A DNA stretch of 64,000 bases from Polyangiales bacterium (GCA_044229975.1 JBGARZ010000011.1:290784-354783), one strand, 5' to 3'. Shown: positions 1 to 10,271, counted from the stretch's first letter. The notes: generated from the letters alone by a model not told the origin. Translations and numbers: made by a program.

Positions 1-382
1 GGTAGAGCGCGTCCTGCGTGTTGCCCACCACGATGCCGTCGGCGTCGACGGCGAGGTCGTTCATCGAGTGGTTGTTGCGGTCGCCCGACGGAAACGTGAA
101 GGTCCCGATGCGACGGAACGCGTTGGTGCGCGGGTTGACCTCGTAGAGCACCGTCTCGGAGTGCGCGTACACGAGCGTGGTGCTGAGGTCGGTGCCCGTG
201 TCGCGGATGGGGATGACCCCGCGGTCGACGGGCCCGCCTAGGTCGACGGGGTCGGCTGCGTCCGAGGCCGCGTCGAGCCCGCCGCTGTCGGCGATGAAGC
301 GCGAGGTGTCGTCGGCGCAGCCCACGAAAAGAAGCGCCGCGAGCGCCGGAACAAGGGAAGTACGGTCGAGCACGGCGCGCAC
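1..382 (-). CDS. Myxobacterial-type secreted lipoprotein, partial (runs off the left edge)
   Basis: Manual translation: signal/lipobox LAALLFVGC, then VYAHSETVLYEVNP...MNDLAVDADG beta-propeller-like motifs. Start codon uncertain (373 or 382). Confidence 0.6.
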   Translation of the reverse strand, partial: MRAVLDRTSLVPALAALLFVGCADDTSRFIADSGGLDAASDAADPVDLGGPVDRGVIPIRDTGTDLSTTLVYAHSETVLYEVNPRTNAFRRIGTFTFPSGDRNNHSMNDLAVDADGIVVGNTQDALY

Positions 383-757
383 GCTGAACGATCCCCTGGG
401 TGATGGCAAGACAAGCGCGGCGCCGGGGTGCGCGGAAAAATCACCGAAATCAACTTCGTGCGACCCCCCATTGCCAGCGGGTGAGGAAATGGTGTTAGGT
501 TCCGCTCGCCTCGCGGATTCCATTGCCGGCCCCGGAGTTGTTGCTTCGCTGAAGGGAGGTGGAACCGCCGCTCACGTCGTGAGACGCGGGCGGGGATGGT
601 GCTCATCCCAGGCGTGGTCTGGCGGCTGATCCGTCACTCACTCACACCAACGGCGGCAACGTCGTCGGTGCAGACCACGAATCGCGTGACGGTGCATCGC
701 TCGACGAGACGACCCACAACTTCCGGGCGTCCGTCACCAACTGTTCGAGGTCGTGTC

Positions 758-1117
758 ATGGGATCCAGAATCTACGTCGGCAATCTCCCCTTCAGCGCGG
801 ACGAGTCTCAAATTCGCGCCCTCTTCGAGCCGAGCGGCAGCGTGCGGGAGGTTCGCATCGTTGAAGATCGCGAGACCGGCCGTCCGCGCGGCTTCGCGTT
901 CGTCGAGATGAGCAACGAGACCGAGGCCCAGGCCGCGATCAAGGCTCTCCACGGCCTCAACTTCGGTGGCCGTAGCCTCACGGTCAACGAGGCGCAGGAG
1001 CGTGAGAACCGCGGTGGCGGTGGCGGCGGCGGCTTCGGCGGCGGCGGCGGCGGTGGCCGTCGTGGCGGCGGCGGCGGCGGCGGCGGCTTCGGTGGTGGCG
1101 GCGGCCGTCGCGGCTGA
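758..1117 (+). CDS. RRM RNA-binding protein with Gly-rich tail
   Basis: RNP2 IYVGNL, RNP1 RGFAFVEM, poly-Gly/RGG C-terminus; ATG at 758. Confidence 0.95.
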   Translation: MGSRIYVGNLPFSADESQIRALFEPSGSVREVRIVEDRETGRPRGFAFVEMSNETEAQAAIKALHGLNFGGRSLTVNEAQERENRGGGGGGGFGGGGGGGRRGGGGGGGGFGGGGGRRG

Positions 1118-1173
1118 TCGCTCCTCGACCCCGATAGACCGACGACCCCAAGGCCGTCGGTCTCGTCTTTGCG

Positions 1174-1207
1174 AAAGCCGGTGACCCTTCAAGGTCATCG
1201 GCTTTTT
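1174..1207. terminator. Intrinsic terminator, probably bidirectional; a second hairpin lies at 1136-1163
   Basis: AAAGCCGGTGACC-cttcaa-GGTCATCGGCTTTTT between convergent genes. Confidence 0.75.
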
Positions 1208-2364
1208 GCGTTTCCCGATGATCGTCGCCACGCGGCCGCCAGGTGCGTGGCGTACCAGACGCCCACCAGCGCGAAGCACACCCGCGCGACGGTGACGTAG
1301 CGACCCGTGATGTGCGTTTCGTTCCAGTGATGGGCGTCGCGCAGCTTCGAGAGGTCGCCGTCCTCGTCGCTGCCGAAGAGGCTCCCCCACGGAATCAGCG
1401 ACCAGTCCGCCGCGCAGCCGCGCCAGAACAGCGCCGCGTCGACGAGCGCGTACGCCCCGAGCGCGAGCGAGATCCAGCGGAAGAAGTCCCACCGCGCCTT
1501 CGGCGGCAGCGGGTGGTGAAACGCCAGCACCAGCGCGGTGGCCCACACCATCTCGCCTGCACACCCCGCCCACGTGATGACCATCTCTTGCGTGTCGCGG
1601 TCGAGCCCGAAGGTGCCCGCCATCGTCGCGACGAAGAACACCGCGGCCATCACCACGAGCATCCACGTGCGGCGCAGCAACCCGAGCGCGGCGAGCCCGA
1701 CCTGCGCGACGAGCAGCCCGACGAGCACCAGCCACGAGCGACCCGGCACCCACAGCGTCAGCCCGATGGGCAGCGGAACCGCCATCCAACTGCACGCCCA
1801 CGCCGCCGACGCGTGACCGAGCTCGTGCAGCGACACCCGCACGCCCCCGAAGAGGAACGCCGTGAGCGCGAGCTTGCGCGCGACGAGGGACACCGCGAGC
1901 GAGACGGGCACCGCGAGCGCGGCGCGGCGCAGCGACGGCGGCTTCCACACGGGCGCGTCGGGGTCGACGAGCACCGGGTTGTCGGCGCGGGGTGGCGGTG
2001 GCGCGCGACGACGCTGGACGGCCGCGCGCAGCGACGGGAGCTGCGAGAGGGCGACGAGGGTTCCTTCGCAGTAGGGGCAGCGCTCGATCCACGGGCCGAG
2101 GGGGCGCGCGAAGGGGACGCGGTCGAGCACGAGGCCGGGGCAGCGCGGGCACGGTCGCGCGTCGTGGTCGACGGCGCCGTGGTCATCGGCGGGCTCCCAC
2201 GGGTCGAGCAGATCGTCGGGGTGACCGGTGAGGCGCGAGAGCTCGCCGCGGTCGCACCACGCGAGCTCACACGCGGTGCACCAGTCGACCACCACGCCCT
2301 CGACGGCGAAGGGACCCATGGGGAGACGGCACGCGGGGCACTGCGGCGGTGGGGTGTCGCTCAC
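1195..2364 (-). CDS. Tandem zf-TFIIB-like Zn-ribbon protein fused to a membrane M50-like metallopeptidase domain
   Basis: Two CPxC...CxxC units (VVDWCTAC..WCDRGEL; IERCPYC), multiple TM segments, HELGH motif, later GDL. Start uncertain. Confidence 0.65.
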   Translation of the reverse strand: MSDTPPPQCPACRLPMGPFAVEGVVVDWCTACELAWCDRGELSRLTGHPDDLLDPWEPADDHGAVDHDARPCPRCPGLVLDRVPFARPLGPWIERCPYCEGTLVALSQLPSLRAAVQRRRAPPPPRADNPVLVDPDAPVWKPPSLRRAALAVPVSLAVSLVARKLALTAFLFGGVRVSLHELGHASAAWACSWMAVPLPIGLTLWVPGRSWLVLVGLLVAQVGLAALGLLRRTWMLVVMAAVFFVATMAGTFGLDRDTQEMVITWAGCAGEMVWATALVLAFHHPLPPKARWDFFRWISLALGAYALVDAALFWRGCAADWSLIPWGSLFGSDEDGDLSKLRDAHHWNETHITGRYVTVARVCFALVGVWYATHLAAAWRRSSGNAKSR

Positions 2365-2501
2365 GCGGGAGGCATCGCAGCACGCGCCGAGGGAAGAGGG
2401 CAACGGCCACGGTGTGGGGCGGGGTGCCGACGACGGTCACGATTCCTGCCAAAAATTTCGCGACAATTTTCTGCCGACCCGTCGGCCGGGATAGGTTCGC
2501 A

Positions 2502-4082
2502 GTGGTGTCCCCCCAACGCCACCTTCGCGGAGCTCTCGCCTGCGCGCTCGCCGCGCCGCTGCTGATCTCCACCGCGGCTCACGCGGAGGGTGGCGTGCGC
2601 AAGGGCCCGTACCTCATGGCCCCGCGGCCGGGCGCCATCACCGTGATGCTCGAGCGCGATGCACCGGGGCCCATCGCCGTGCGCGCGTGGCGAGTGGCCC
2701 CCGAAGGGTCCCCCGTCGGGACGCCCGTCGAGGCGCGCGGCACGGCGTCGGTCAACCTCCACGAGGTGCTGCTGGAGGGCCTCGCGTCGGGCGTGCGGTA
2801 CCACTACCAGGTCACGGGCCCCGGCATCGCGACCACCGAGGGGGTGTTCAGCACGGCGCCGCAGCGCACCGAGCCGTTTCGCTTCCTGCTGTACGGGGAC
2901 ACGCGCACCAACGCCCGCGCGCACGGCGCCATCGTCACGGCCATGCGCCGCGAGGGCGCGGACTTCGTCGTCCACACGGGCGACCTCCTCGCCGACGGCC
3001 GCCAGGAGCGGCAGTGGGACGAGTTCTTCTCCATCGAGCGCGACCTGCTGCGCGACACGGTGTTCATCCCCGTGGTGGGCAACCACGAGCTGCGCAACTC
3101 GTCGCGCATCGGCATCGAGAACTTCCGCCGCTACGTCAACTGCCCGCCGCCCGACGCGCCGCGCCCCGAGCTCGACTACGTCGTGCGCTTCGGCAACGTG
3201 CAGATGATCCTCGCCAACGCCTACGACGACTGGTCGTCGGCCCCCATGCGCACGTGGCTGGAGAACCACCTCGCGCAGGCCCGCCGCGACGGCCCCAACG
3301 ACTTCCTCCTCGTGGTCACCCACTGGGGGATGCACTCGTCCGGTCCGCACGGGGAGAACCGCTCGCTGCGCGCCGCAGGGCTGCCCGAGATGTTTCGCCG
3401 CTACGGCGTCGACCTCGTCGTCGCGGGCCACGACCACGTCTACGAGCGCGGCGAGGAGCGCGGCCTCCACTACGTCGTCACGGGCGGCTCCGGGGCGCCG
3501 CTCTACAGCCGCCGCACGGAGCACCCGTACACCCGCTTCTTCTCCGCGCAGCACCACTACGTGCGCGTCGACGCCGACGCCGACAAGCTCGACCTCACCG
3601 CGGTGCGACCCGACGGCACCATCCTCGACCACTTCGTCATCCGTCACCCGCAGCGCGGCGCGCGCGTCGCCGCCGCCATCGAGGAGTCCGTCGCACCCGC
3701 GGTCGAGCCCGTCGTGGCGACGGCCGAGCCCGAAGGCGACGAGACCCACTCGCGGCACCACTCGTCGAGCCGCCACCACCGCGATGGTTCGACCCGCCGT
3801 CACCGCGAGCGCGACCCGCTGCCGCCACCACCCGCGCCGACGCCGACGACCACCGTCGCCAGCGCCGAGCCGACGCCGCGCGAGCCGACGCCTGGCGGGC
3901 TCGATCGCGAGCTGCGCAACGCACGGCTCCCGGCGCGCGCCCATCGTGACCGACGGGTGCAGTCGCACGGGTGCCTGTGCGCGTACCCCGGCGTGGCCTC
4001 CAACAGCGACCTCGGCATCGGGCTGCTGGCGTTTGGGCTGTGCGCCGTCGGGCTGCGGGGACAGCGGAAGCGCGGCGCGTAG
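2502..4082 (+). CDS. Purple acid phosphatase-type metallophosphoesterase with FN3-like N-domain and MYXO-CTERM-like C-terminal anchor
   Basis: GDTR, HTGD, GNHE, GHDHVYER motifs; C-terminal GCLC + hydrophobic stretch + RKR. Start approximate. Confidence 0.85.
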   Translation: MVSPQRHLRGALACALAAPLLISTAAHAEGGVRKGPYLMAPRPGAITVMLERDAPGPIAVRAWRVAPEGSPVGTPVEARGTASVNLHEVLLEGLASGVRYHYQVTGPGIATTEGVFSTAPQRTEPFRFLLYGDTRTNARAHGAIVTAMRREGADFVVHTGDLLADGRQERQWDEFFSIERDLLRDTVFIPVVGNHELRNSSRIGIENFRRYVNCPPPDAPRPELDYVVRFGNVQMILANAYDDWSSAPMRTWLENHLAQARRDGPNDFLLVVTHWGMHSSGPHGENRSLRAAGLPEMFRRYGVDLVVAGHDHVYERGEERGLHYVVTGGSGAPLYSRRTEHPYTRFFSAQHHYVRVDADADKLDLTAVRPDGTILDHFVIRHPQRGARVAAAIEESVAPAVEPVVATAEPEGDETHSRHHSSSRHHRDGSTRRHRERDPLPPPPAPTPTTTVASAEPTPREPTPGGLDRELRNARLPARAHRDRRVQSHGCLCAYPGVASNSDLGIGLLAFGLCAVGLRGQRKRGA

Positions 4083-4091
4083 GGAGAGGCG

Positions 4092-4745
4092 CTACGGGTT
4101 GCGCGGCAGCACGCAGGTCGGCGTGACCCGGTTGAGCAGCGCCTCGTCGTTTTGCAGGCACACCTGGCCCGTCGGGCAGGTGCCGTCGTTGGCGCAACGC
4201 TGGAGGCACACCGAGACCGTCGTCGACGTGGGCGCCGCCGCGCCGATGTAGATCGCCTGGAGCGTCGCGCAGTACGCGTTCGCCCCGTTGGGCAATCCCC
4301 GGCAGTAGGCATCGCCGGCGGTGCCGTACCGGCACGGGGCCGCGCACAGGTTGCCCAGGCAGAGGCCCGTGGTGCAGTTCATGTTGTTGTCGCAGCGCTC
4401 GCCGAGGCGGGCCGTCGCCCCCGCAAACGCCGCCTGGCAGAGGAAGCACACCCGCTCTTCGAGGCAGCTCTGCGCGCCGCCGCACTGCTCCGACAGACCG
4501 CAGTCGTTGTCGCTGCGGCACTCGTTGCGCTGCCGCAGCTCGGGGTCGCGGCACGTGCGACCCGTCGCTCCCACGAGGCACCGGCCGCCGTTGTAACAGG
4601 CCACCTCGTCGCAGCACGGACCGCCGTTTTGCCCGCAGTCCGTTCGCACGGGCGTGTCGTGCCAGTCGTCGCCGCCGCAACCGAGCGCCAATGCCGACAG
4701 CACCAGCGCCCACCCGCGCGCCCTCGCGATGGTCTTCGTGGACAT
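4092..4745 (-). CDS. Cys-rich lipoprotein
   Basis: Lipobox LALGC, numerous Cys repeats. Confidence 0.75.
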   Translation of the reverse strand: MSTKTIARARGWALVLSALALGCGGDDWHDTPVRTDCGQNGGPCCDEVACYNGGRCLVGATGRTCRDPELRQRNECRSDNDCGLSEQCGGAQSCLEERVCFLCQAAFAGATARLGERCDNNMNCTTGLCLGNLCAAPCRYGTAGDAYCRGLPNGANAYCATLQAIYIGAAAPTSTTVSVCLQRCANDGTCPTGQVCLQNDEALLNRVTPTCVLPRNP

Positions 4746-4864
4746 CAACGCGGGATGCTCGCACGCGCAGGAAAAGTGCTCAACCCACGGGCGACCATCG
4801 CGACCGTCATGAACGCCGACAAGTCCGTTGACCGTCGCACCGCCGTGGGTGTCCCTTCGAAGCC

Positions 4865-7279
4865 ATGAGGTCCCCGATGCGTCACGGTTTCGCCAGCGCC
4901 CTGCTCGTGCTCGCGCTCTCCCTCGCAGCCTGTAGCAGCGGCAACTCGGTCGTCGGTGGCGGCGACGCCGGCTCCGTCGTCGACCTCGGCGCGTCCGACC
5001 TCGGCCTCCCCGATGTGCCGTCGCCCATGGATGTTCTGCCCCCCATGGACGCGCCCGACGTCCCGGCGCCGATGGACACACCCGATGTTCTGCCCGTCGA
5101 CAACGGGCCCGCGCGCTGCGCCGCCGACGGCGACTGCGTGGGCAACGCCGGCGGCCCCGCCTGCGACGTCACCTCGGGCCGCTGCGTGACGTGCACCACT
5201 GCTTCCGACCGCTGCCCCGCAGGCCAGTACTGCGTCGGCGCCACCAACACCTGCGCCAGCGGGTGCCGCGACGACGCCGCCTGCAACACGGGCGGCGCGC
5301 CCGACGGCGGCGCCTCGTCGTCGCGGCGCTGCGACACCGCCACGCACGCCTGCGTCGACTGCCTCACCGACGATCACTGCCCCTCCGGAACCCTCTGCGT
5401 CGGCAACCTCTGCGTCGCCGGCTGCAACGCCGGCCGCGCGTGCCCCGCCACGCAGACGTGCTGCTCCGGCGCGTGCGTCGACGCGCAGTCCAACAGCGCC
5501 CACTGCGGCGTGTGCGAGCGACGGTGCATGGTGGCCAACGCGGTTCCGCTGTGCCTCAACGGGGGGTGCGCCATCGTCGCCTGCGTCGCGCCCTTCGGCG
5601 ACTGCGACGGGATGGCGGCCAACGGCTGCGAGGTCGACACCTCGCGCGACACGGCCCACTGCGGCGGCTGCGGCATGGCCTGCGCCACGCGGCCCAACAC
5701 CATCACGAGCTGCGCGGGCGGCGCCTGCGCGTACGCCTGCGCGACGGGCTTCGCCAACTGCGACGGTGACCCGAGCAACGGCTGCGAGGCCGACGTCCGC
5801 GTGAGCACCACGAACTGCGGCGGCTGCGGCGTGCGCTGCTCCCCGGTCAACGCGACGGCGGCGTGCGTGGCGGGCGCGTGCGGCTACACGGCCTGCGCGG
5901 CGGGCTACGGCGACTGCGACGGCAACGCGGCCAACGGCTGCGAGGCCGACCTGCCGGTCTCGGTGAGCCACTGCGGCGCGTGCGGCAACCGCTGCCCGGC
6001 GACGGCCAACGCGGCGCCGGTGTGCGTCGGCGGAACGTGCGGCACGGTCTGCACCGCGGGCTTCGCCGACTGCGACAGCAACCCGGCCAATGGGTGCGAG
6101 GTCGACACGCGCACCGACATCGCCCACTGCGGCGGCTGCGGCCGGCGCTGCGGCGCCGCGGGCGGGGCGCCTACCTGCGTGGCGGGCGGGTGTTCGCTGG
6201 CCTGCGCCGCGGGCTTCGCGGACTGCGACAGCAACGCCACCAACGGGTGCGAGGTCGACACGCGCACCAGCCGCGCGCACTGCGGCGGCTGCGGCATCGC
6301 GTGCGACGCCAACGCGGCCTGCACCGGGAGCTGCGTGTGCAACCCGGGGTACATGGGCAGCGGGCTCGTGTGCGCCGACGTCGACGAGTGCGCGACGGCC
6401 AACGGCGGCTGCGACGCCAACGCGACCTGCCGCAACACCGTCGGGTCGCGCACCTGCACGTGCAACGAGGCGTACACGGGCGACGGCGTGACGTGCGCGC
6501 CGGTGATCATCGACCTCACCATCGCGGCCAGCACCACGGCGTACAACGTGTTTCTCCAGGCGGGGGCGCCGATGATCCCGCGCGTGGTGCGGGTGACGGT
6601 GAACCCGGGCGTGGTGGTGAGCTCGACGAGCACGGGCGTTCCGGCGCTGGTCTCGGGCGCCTTCCGCGCGGGCTCCGAGCTGCGCATCGTCAACCGCGGA
6701 ACCATCACCGGCGCGGGCGGCGCGGGCGGCGCGGGCGGCGGCTTCTCGGGCGCCGGCCCCAACCCGCAGAGCGCGGGTGGGGCGGGCGGCGCGGCGATCT
6801 CGACGACGACGCGCCTGGTCATCGACAACACCGCAGGCAACATCTGGGGCGGCGGCGGTGGCGGCGGCGGCGGCGCGGTGGCGACCATCACCAACGTGCT
6901 CGCGGGCGGCGGCGGTGGCGGCGGCGGCGCGGGCACGACGGCGGGCGGCGGCGGCGCGGCGGGCCCGGCGTTTTCGGGCGCGCAATACCCGGTGGGGTAT
7001 GCGGGCGGCGCGGGTTCGGCGAGCGCGGGCGGCGCGGGCGGCGCGGGCGGCAACAGCGGGACGTACCCGCGGCAGTACGACGGCAGCGGTCGCGGGCTGG
7101 GTGGCGCGGGCGGCGCGGGCGGCGGACCGGGTCAGGCGGGCGGTCGCGGTGGCGACGGCAACCTCGGGGGCGCGGGCATGGCAGGCGGCGCGGCGGGCAA
7201 CGCCATCGTGCTCAACGGCAACACCGTGACGTGGATGGGCGGGGACAACAGCACGCAGGTGCGCGGGCCGGTGAACTGA
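4865..7279 (+). CDS. Surface lipoprotein: Cys-rich repeats + Ca-binding EGF-like + C-terminal gp38-like Gly-rich adhesin domain
   Basis: Lipobox LAAC; repeated CDG..NGCE.D....HCGGCG units; DVDEC EGF-Ca motif; Gly-rich motif domain from about 6503. Confidence 0.85.
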   Translation: MRSPMRHGFASALLVLALSLAACSSGNSVVGGGDAGSVVDLGASDLGLPDVPSPMDVLPPMDAPDVPAPMDTPDVLPVDNGPARCAADGDCVGNAGGPACDVTSGRCVTCTTASDRCPAGQYCVGATNTCASGCRDDAACNTGGAPDGGASSSRRCDTATHACVDCLTDDHCPSGTLCVGNLCVAGCNAGRACPATQTCCSGACVDAQSNSAHCGVCERRCMVANAVPLCLNGGCAIVACVAPFGDCDGMAANGCEVDTSRDTAHCGGCGMACATRPNTITSCAGGACAYACATGFANCDGDPSNGCEADVRVSTTNCGGCGVRCSPVNATAACVAGACGYTACAAGYGDCDGNAANGCEADLPVSVSHCGACGNRCPATANAAPVCVGGTCGTVCTAGFADCDSNPANGCEVDTRTDIAHCGGCGRRCGAAGGAPTCVAGGCSLACAAGFADCDSNATNGCEVDTRTSRAHCGGCGIACDANAACTGSCVCNPGYMGSGLVCADVDECATANGGCDANATCRNTVGSRTCTCNEAYTGDGVTCAPVIIDLTIAASTTAYNVFLQAGAPMIPRVVRVTVNPGVVVSSTSTGVPALVSGAFRAGSELRIVNRGTITGAGGAGGAGGGFSGAGPNPQSAGGAGGAAISTTTRLVIDNTAGNIWGGGGGGGGGAVATITNVLAGGGGGGGGAGTTAGGGGAAGPAFSGAQYPVGYAGGAGSASAGGAGGAGGNSGTYPRQYDGSGRGLGGAGGAGGGPGQAGGRGGDGNLGGAGMAGGAAGNAIVLNGNTVTWMGGDNSTQVRGPVN

Positions 7280-7295
7280 CGGCGATGGCCGCGGG

Positions 7296-7457
7296 TCACT
7301 CCAGCTCGTTGGTGATCTCGATGGGGCTGCCGACGATCTGGCCGTCGGTGGCGGTGCCCGTGCGGGAGAAGGTCGAGTAGCGCGTGTCGCCGTCGAGGTC
7401 GCCGATGGCGGTGACGGTGAAGGAGGCGTTGGCGCCCGTTCCGGCTACGGTGGTTTC
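7296..7457 (-). pseudogene. C-terminal remnant of a type IV pilin-like gene
   Basis: ASFTVTAIGDLDGDTRYSTFSRTG...EITNELE* resembles the myxobacterial pilin C-terminus; in-frame TAG immediately upstream, no start or prepilin signal. Confidence 0.6.
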
Positions 7458-7506
7458 CTACTGAGGAGATCGACTTCTTCTCTGCTTCCAACGTCGCACA
7501 GTTCGC

Positions 7507-7746
7507 CGCGTCCACGCCGGAGTTCACCGTGCCGCCCCCGCGCCCGTCACGCTCGGTTCACTCCGGGCTATTTCACGCGGATCGCCCCGCCGCAGCGGGG
7601 CTCCGTGCCTCCGTCCAGGGACGACAGAATGCCTTCAGGTGGGCCTCCTGAGCCCCGCTGCGGCGGGGCGATCCGCGTGAAATAGCCCGGAGTGAACCGA
7701 GCGTGACGGGCGCGGGGGCGGCACGGTGAACTCCGGCGTGGACGCG
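7507..7746. repeat. Long palindrome A (REP-doublet/REPIN-like): 97-bp arms, 46-bp spacer
   Basis: 7507-7603 is the reverse complement of 7650-7746. Confidence 0.95.
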
Positions 7747-7754
7747 ACGGGTTC

Positions 7755-8726
7755 TCAACCTGAAACACTCCGACTCAAACTCCGACACTCCCCCCGCAAC
7801 CACCGCCCGACCTCGTCCCAGCGCGGCCGCTCGCGCGCTGCCTCTGGCGTCAGCCACGTCACCCCCGCCTCGCCCCGAAACCACGTCCGCTGCCGCTTCG
7901 CGAAGCCCATCGTCGCGCGCTCGATCGCCAGCGCCAGTCCATCCCCCGGCAGCTCGCCTCGCAGGTGCGCCACCACCTCGGCGTACCCGACGCTCCCGAG
8001 CGGCTTCAGGTCCCACTCGTAGCCGTCCGCCAATATCGCCCGCACCTCGTCGACCCAACCGCGCGCCAGCATCGCCGTCGTGCGCGCCACCACCCGCTCG
8101 CGCAGCGCGTCGCGCTCCGTCTCCAGGCACCACCACGCCGCTTCGTAGCGCGGGCCCTCCGCGGCGTGTCGCCGGTGGTGCTCCGACAGCGCCTCGCCGC
8201 TCACCGTCCACACCTCCAGCGCGCGCACGATGCGCACCGGGTCCGTCGGGTGGATCTTCGCCGCGTACGCCGGATCAACCACCGCCAGCTCGCGGTGCAT
8301 CGCCGCCAGCACCTCGGCGCCCTCCGACGCACGTGCCCGCAGCGCCGCGCGCACGTCCGGGTCCGATGGGATGCCCATCGCCAGACCCTTCACCAGCGCC
8401 CGTTGGTAGAGGCCCGTCCCGCCGACGACGATGGGAATCCTCCCTCTCGCGGCGACGTCGGCGATGGCGCGGTCGGCGTCCTCGATGTACCGCGCGGCGT
8501 CGTAGTGGGCGCGCAGGTCGACCGTCCCCAGCAGGTGGTGCGCAACGCCCATGAGCTCCTCGTCGGTCGGTCGCGCAGACCCGATGACGAGGCGCTCGTA
8601 GAGCTGGACAGAGTCCGCGCCCACGAGTTCGCCACCGAGGGCGAGCGCGAGGTCGACGGCGAGGGCGGTCTTGCCCGTGGCGGTGGCCCCGGAGACCACC
8701 AGGAGGCGCGGACGCGTGACGGTCAC
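7755..8726 (-). CDS. miaA: tRNA dimethylallyltransferase
   Basis: GATATGKT, ADSVQLY, VGGTGLY, RIVRALEV, SVGY, FAKRQRTWFR motifs; GTG overlaps the glgA stop. Confidence 0.96.
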   Translation of the reverse strand: MTVTRPRLLVVSGATATGKTALAVDLALALGGELVGADSVQLYERLVIGSARPTDEELMGVAHHLLGTVDLRAHYDAARYIEDADRAIADVAARGRIPIVVGGTGLYQRALVKGLAMGIPSDPDVRAALRARASEGAEVLAAMHRELAVVDPAYAAKIHPTDPVRIVRALEVWTVSGEALSEHHRRHAAEGPRYEAAWWCLETERDALRERVVARTTAMLARGWVDEVRAILADGYEWDLKPLGSVGYAEVVAHLRGELPGDGLALAIERATMGFAKRQRTWFRGEAGVTWLTPEAARERPRWDEVGRWLRGECRSLSRSVSG

Positions 8727-10186
8727 GCCGTCGCGGAGGCGGTGTCCTCGGAGGCCGGGAGCAGCTCGCGGTAGACGGCGGCGTAGCGGCGGGCCGAGCG
8801 GTCCCACGCGTGATCGAGGCGCATCACCCGGCGGCGCAGCGACGCGAACTTCTCGGGCTGCGCGAAGGCCGACAGGCCCCGCGCGATGGCCCCGTAGAAC
8901 GCATCGGGCGTGAGCTCCTCGAACACGAAGCCGGTGCCCGTGTTGAGCGAGGCGTCGCAGTCGACCACGGTGTCGCGCAGGCCGCCCGTGTCGCGCACCA
9001 CCGGGATCGATCCGTAGCGCATGGCGTAGAGCTGCGTGAGCCCGCTCGGCTCGAAGCGCGACGGCACCAGGAAGAGGTCGGAGCCCGCGAAGATGCGGTG
9101 CGCCAGCGCGTCGTCGTAGTCGGCGCGGAAGGCCACCTTCTCGGGCATCTCCTTCGCCAGCGCCGTCATGGCGTCGGCGAGCTCGGGGTCACCCGACCCC
9201 TGCACCACGAGCTGAACGTCCTGCCGCAGGAGCTGCGTCACGCCCGCGAGGAGCAGGTCGACGCCCTTCTGCTTGTCGAGCCGCGCAACCATGCCGAGCA
9301 CGGCCGTCTCCGGTCGCTGCGGGAGCCCGAGCAGCTTCTGGAGGCCGGTCTTGCAGCGGGCCTTCGGCAGCGGGTCGAACACGTCGTAGCGGGCGGCGAT
9401 GTGCGGGTCGGTCGAGGGGTTCCAGACGCCCGGGTCGAGGCCGTTGAGGATGCCCGTGAGGCCCTTCGCATGCGCGCGGAGCACGCCGTCCATGTTGGCC
9501 CCGCCGGCCGCCGTGAGGATCTCCTTGGCGTACGTGGGCGACACCGTGGTCACGCGGTCGGCGTCGAGGAGCCCGGCCTTCAGCCACGACACCTTGCCGT
9601 AGAACTCGTAGCGCCCTGCGTCGGCCCCGAGGCCCAGCGCTTCGAGCGACTCGACGCCGAAGGTGCCCTGGTGGGCGACGTTGTGGATGGTGAGCACCGT
9701 CCGCACGTTGGCCAGCCGCGGGTCTTCCGCCGACGCCTGACGGAGCAGCGCGGGGACGAGCCCGGTGGTCCAGTCGTGCAGATGCACCAGCTCGGGAACG
9801 CGCGACTGCATCCGCATCCACGCGACGGCGCCCTTGCAGAGCAGGCCGAAGCGCCGCGCGTTGTCCTCGTAGGGGGCGCCCTCGCCGTACACCCCGGGGC
9901 GATCGCTGATGCCCGGCGCGCCCAGCAGCACCACCGTGACGCCCGACGGGAGCCGCGCCTCGTAGACCTCGGCGTCGACGGTCTCGGTGCCGATGGCGAC
10001 CTTCACCTTCACCAGTCGACGGGCGAGCGCGTGCTCGGCGGGGTCGATGCTGCCGTAGCGGAGCGAGAGGACGGTGACCTTGTGGCCGAGGGCGCGCAGC
10101 GCCTTGGGGAGCGCGCCGACGACGTCCCCGAGGCCGCCGACCTTCGAGTAGGGCACGACCTCCGGGCTGATGAAGAGGATTTCCAT
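8723..10186 (-). CDS. glgA: Glycogen synthase
   Basis: KVGGLGDV, HLHDW, TIHN, PSRFEPSGLTQLYAMRYG, TGGLRDTV. Confidence 0.97.
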   Translation of the reverse strand: MEILFISPEVVPYSKVGGLGDVVGALPKALRALGHKVTVLSLRYGSIDPAEHALARRLVKVKVAIGTETVDAEVYEARLPSGVTVVLLGAPGISDRPGVYGEGAPYEDNARRFGLLCKGAVAWMRMQSRVPELVHLHDWTTGLVPALLRQASAEDPRLANVRTVLTIHNVAHQGTFGVESLEALGLGADAGRYEFYGKVSWLKAGLLDADRVTTVSPTYAKEILTAAGGANMDGVLRAHAKGLTGILNGLDPGVWNPSTDPHIAARYDVFDPLPKARCKTGLQKLLGLPQRPETAVLGMVARLDKQKGVDLLLAGVTQLLRQDVQLVVQGSGDPELADAMTALAKEMPEKVAFRADYDDALAHRIFAGSDLFLVPSRFEPSGLTQLYAMRYGSIPVVRDTGGLRDTVVDCDASLNTGTGFVFEELTPDAFYGAIARGLSAFAQPEKFASLRRRVMRLDHAWDRSARRYAAVYRELLPASEDTASATA

Positions 10187-10271
10187 GGGGCGCGGAGACT
10201 ATCCCCGCAGCGCCCGCGGGCGCAACGAGGAGCCGCCGTTTACATGGGAGGGTATGAGGGCGCTGGACGGC

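Noticed and set aside
4865..7279. Prophage
   Set aside because: The gp38-like domain has no structural, terminase or integrase genes nearby, and the gene has a host-type lipobox.
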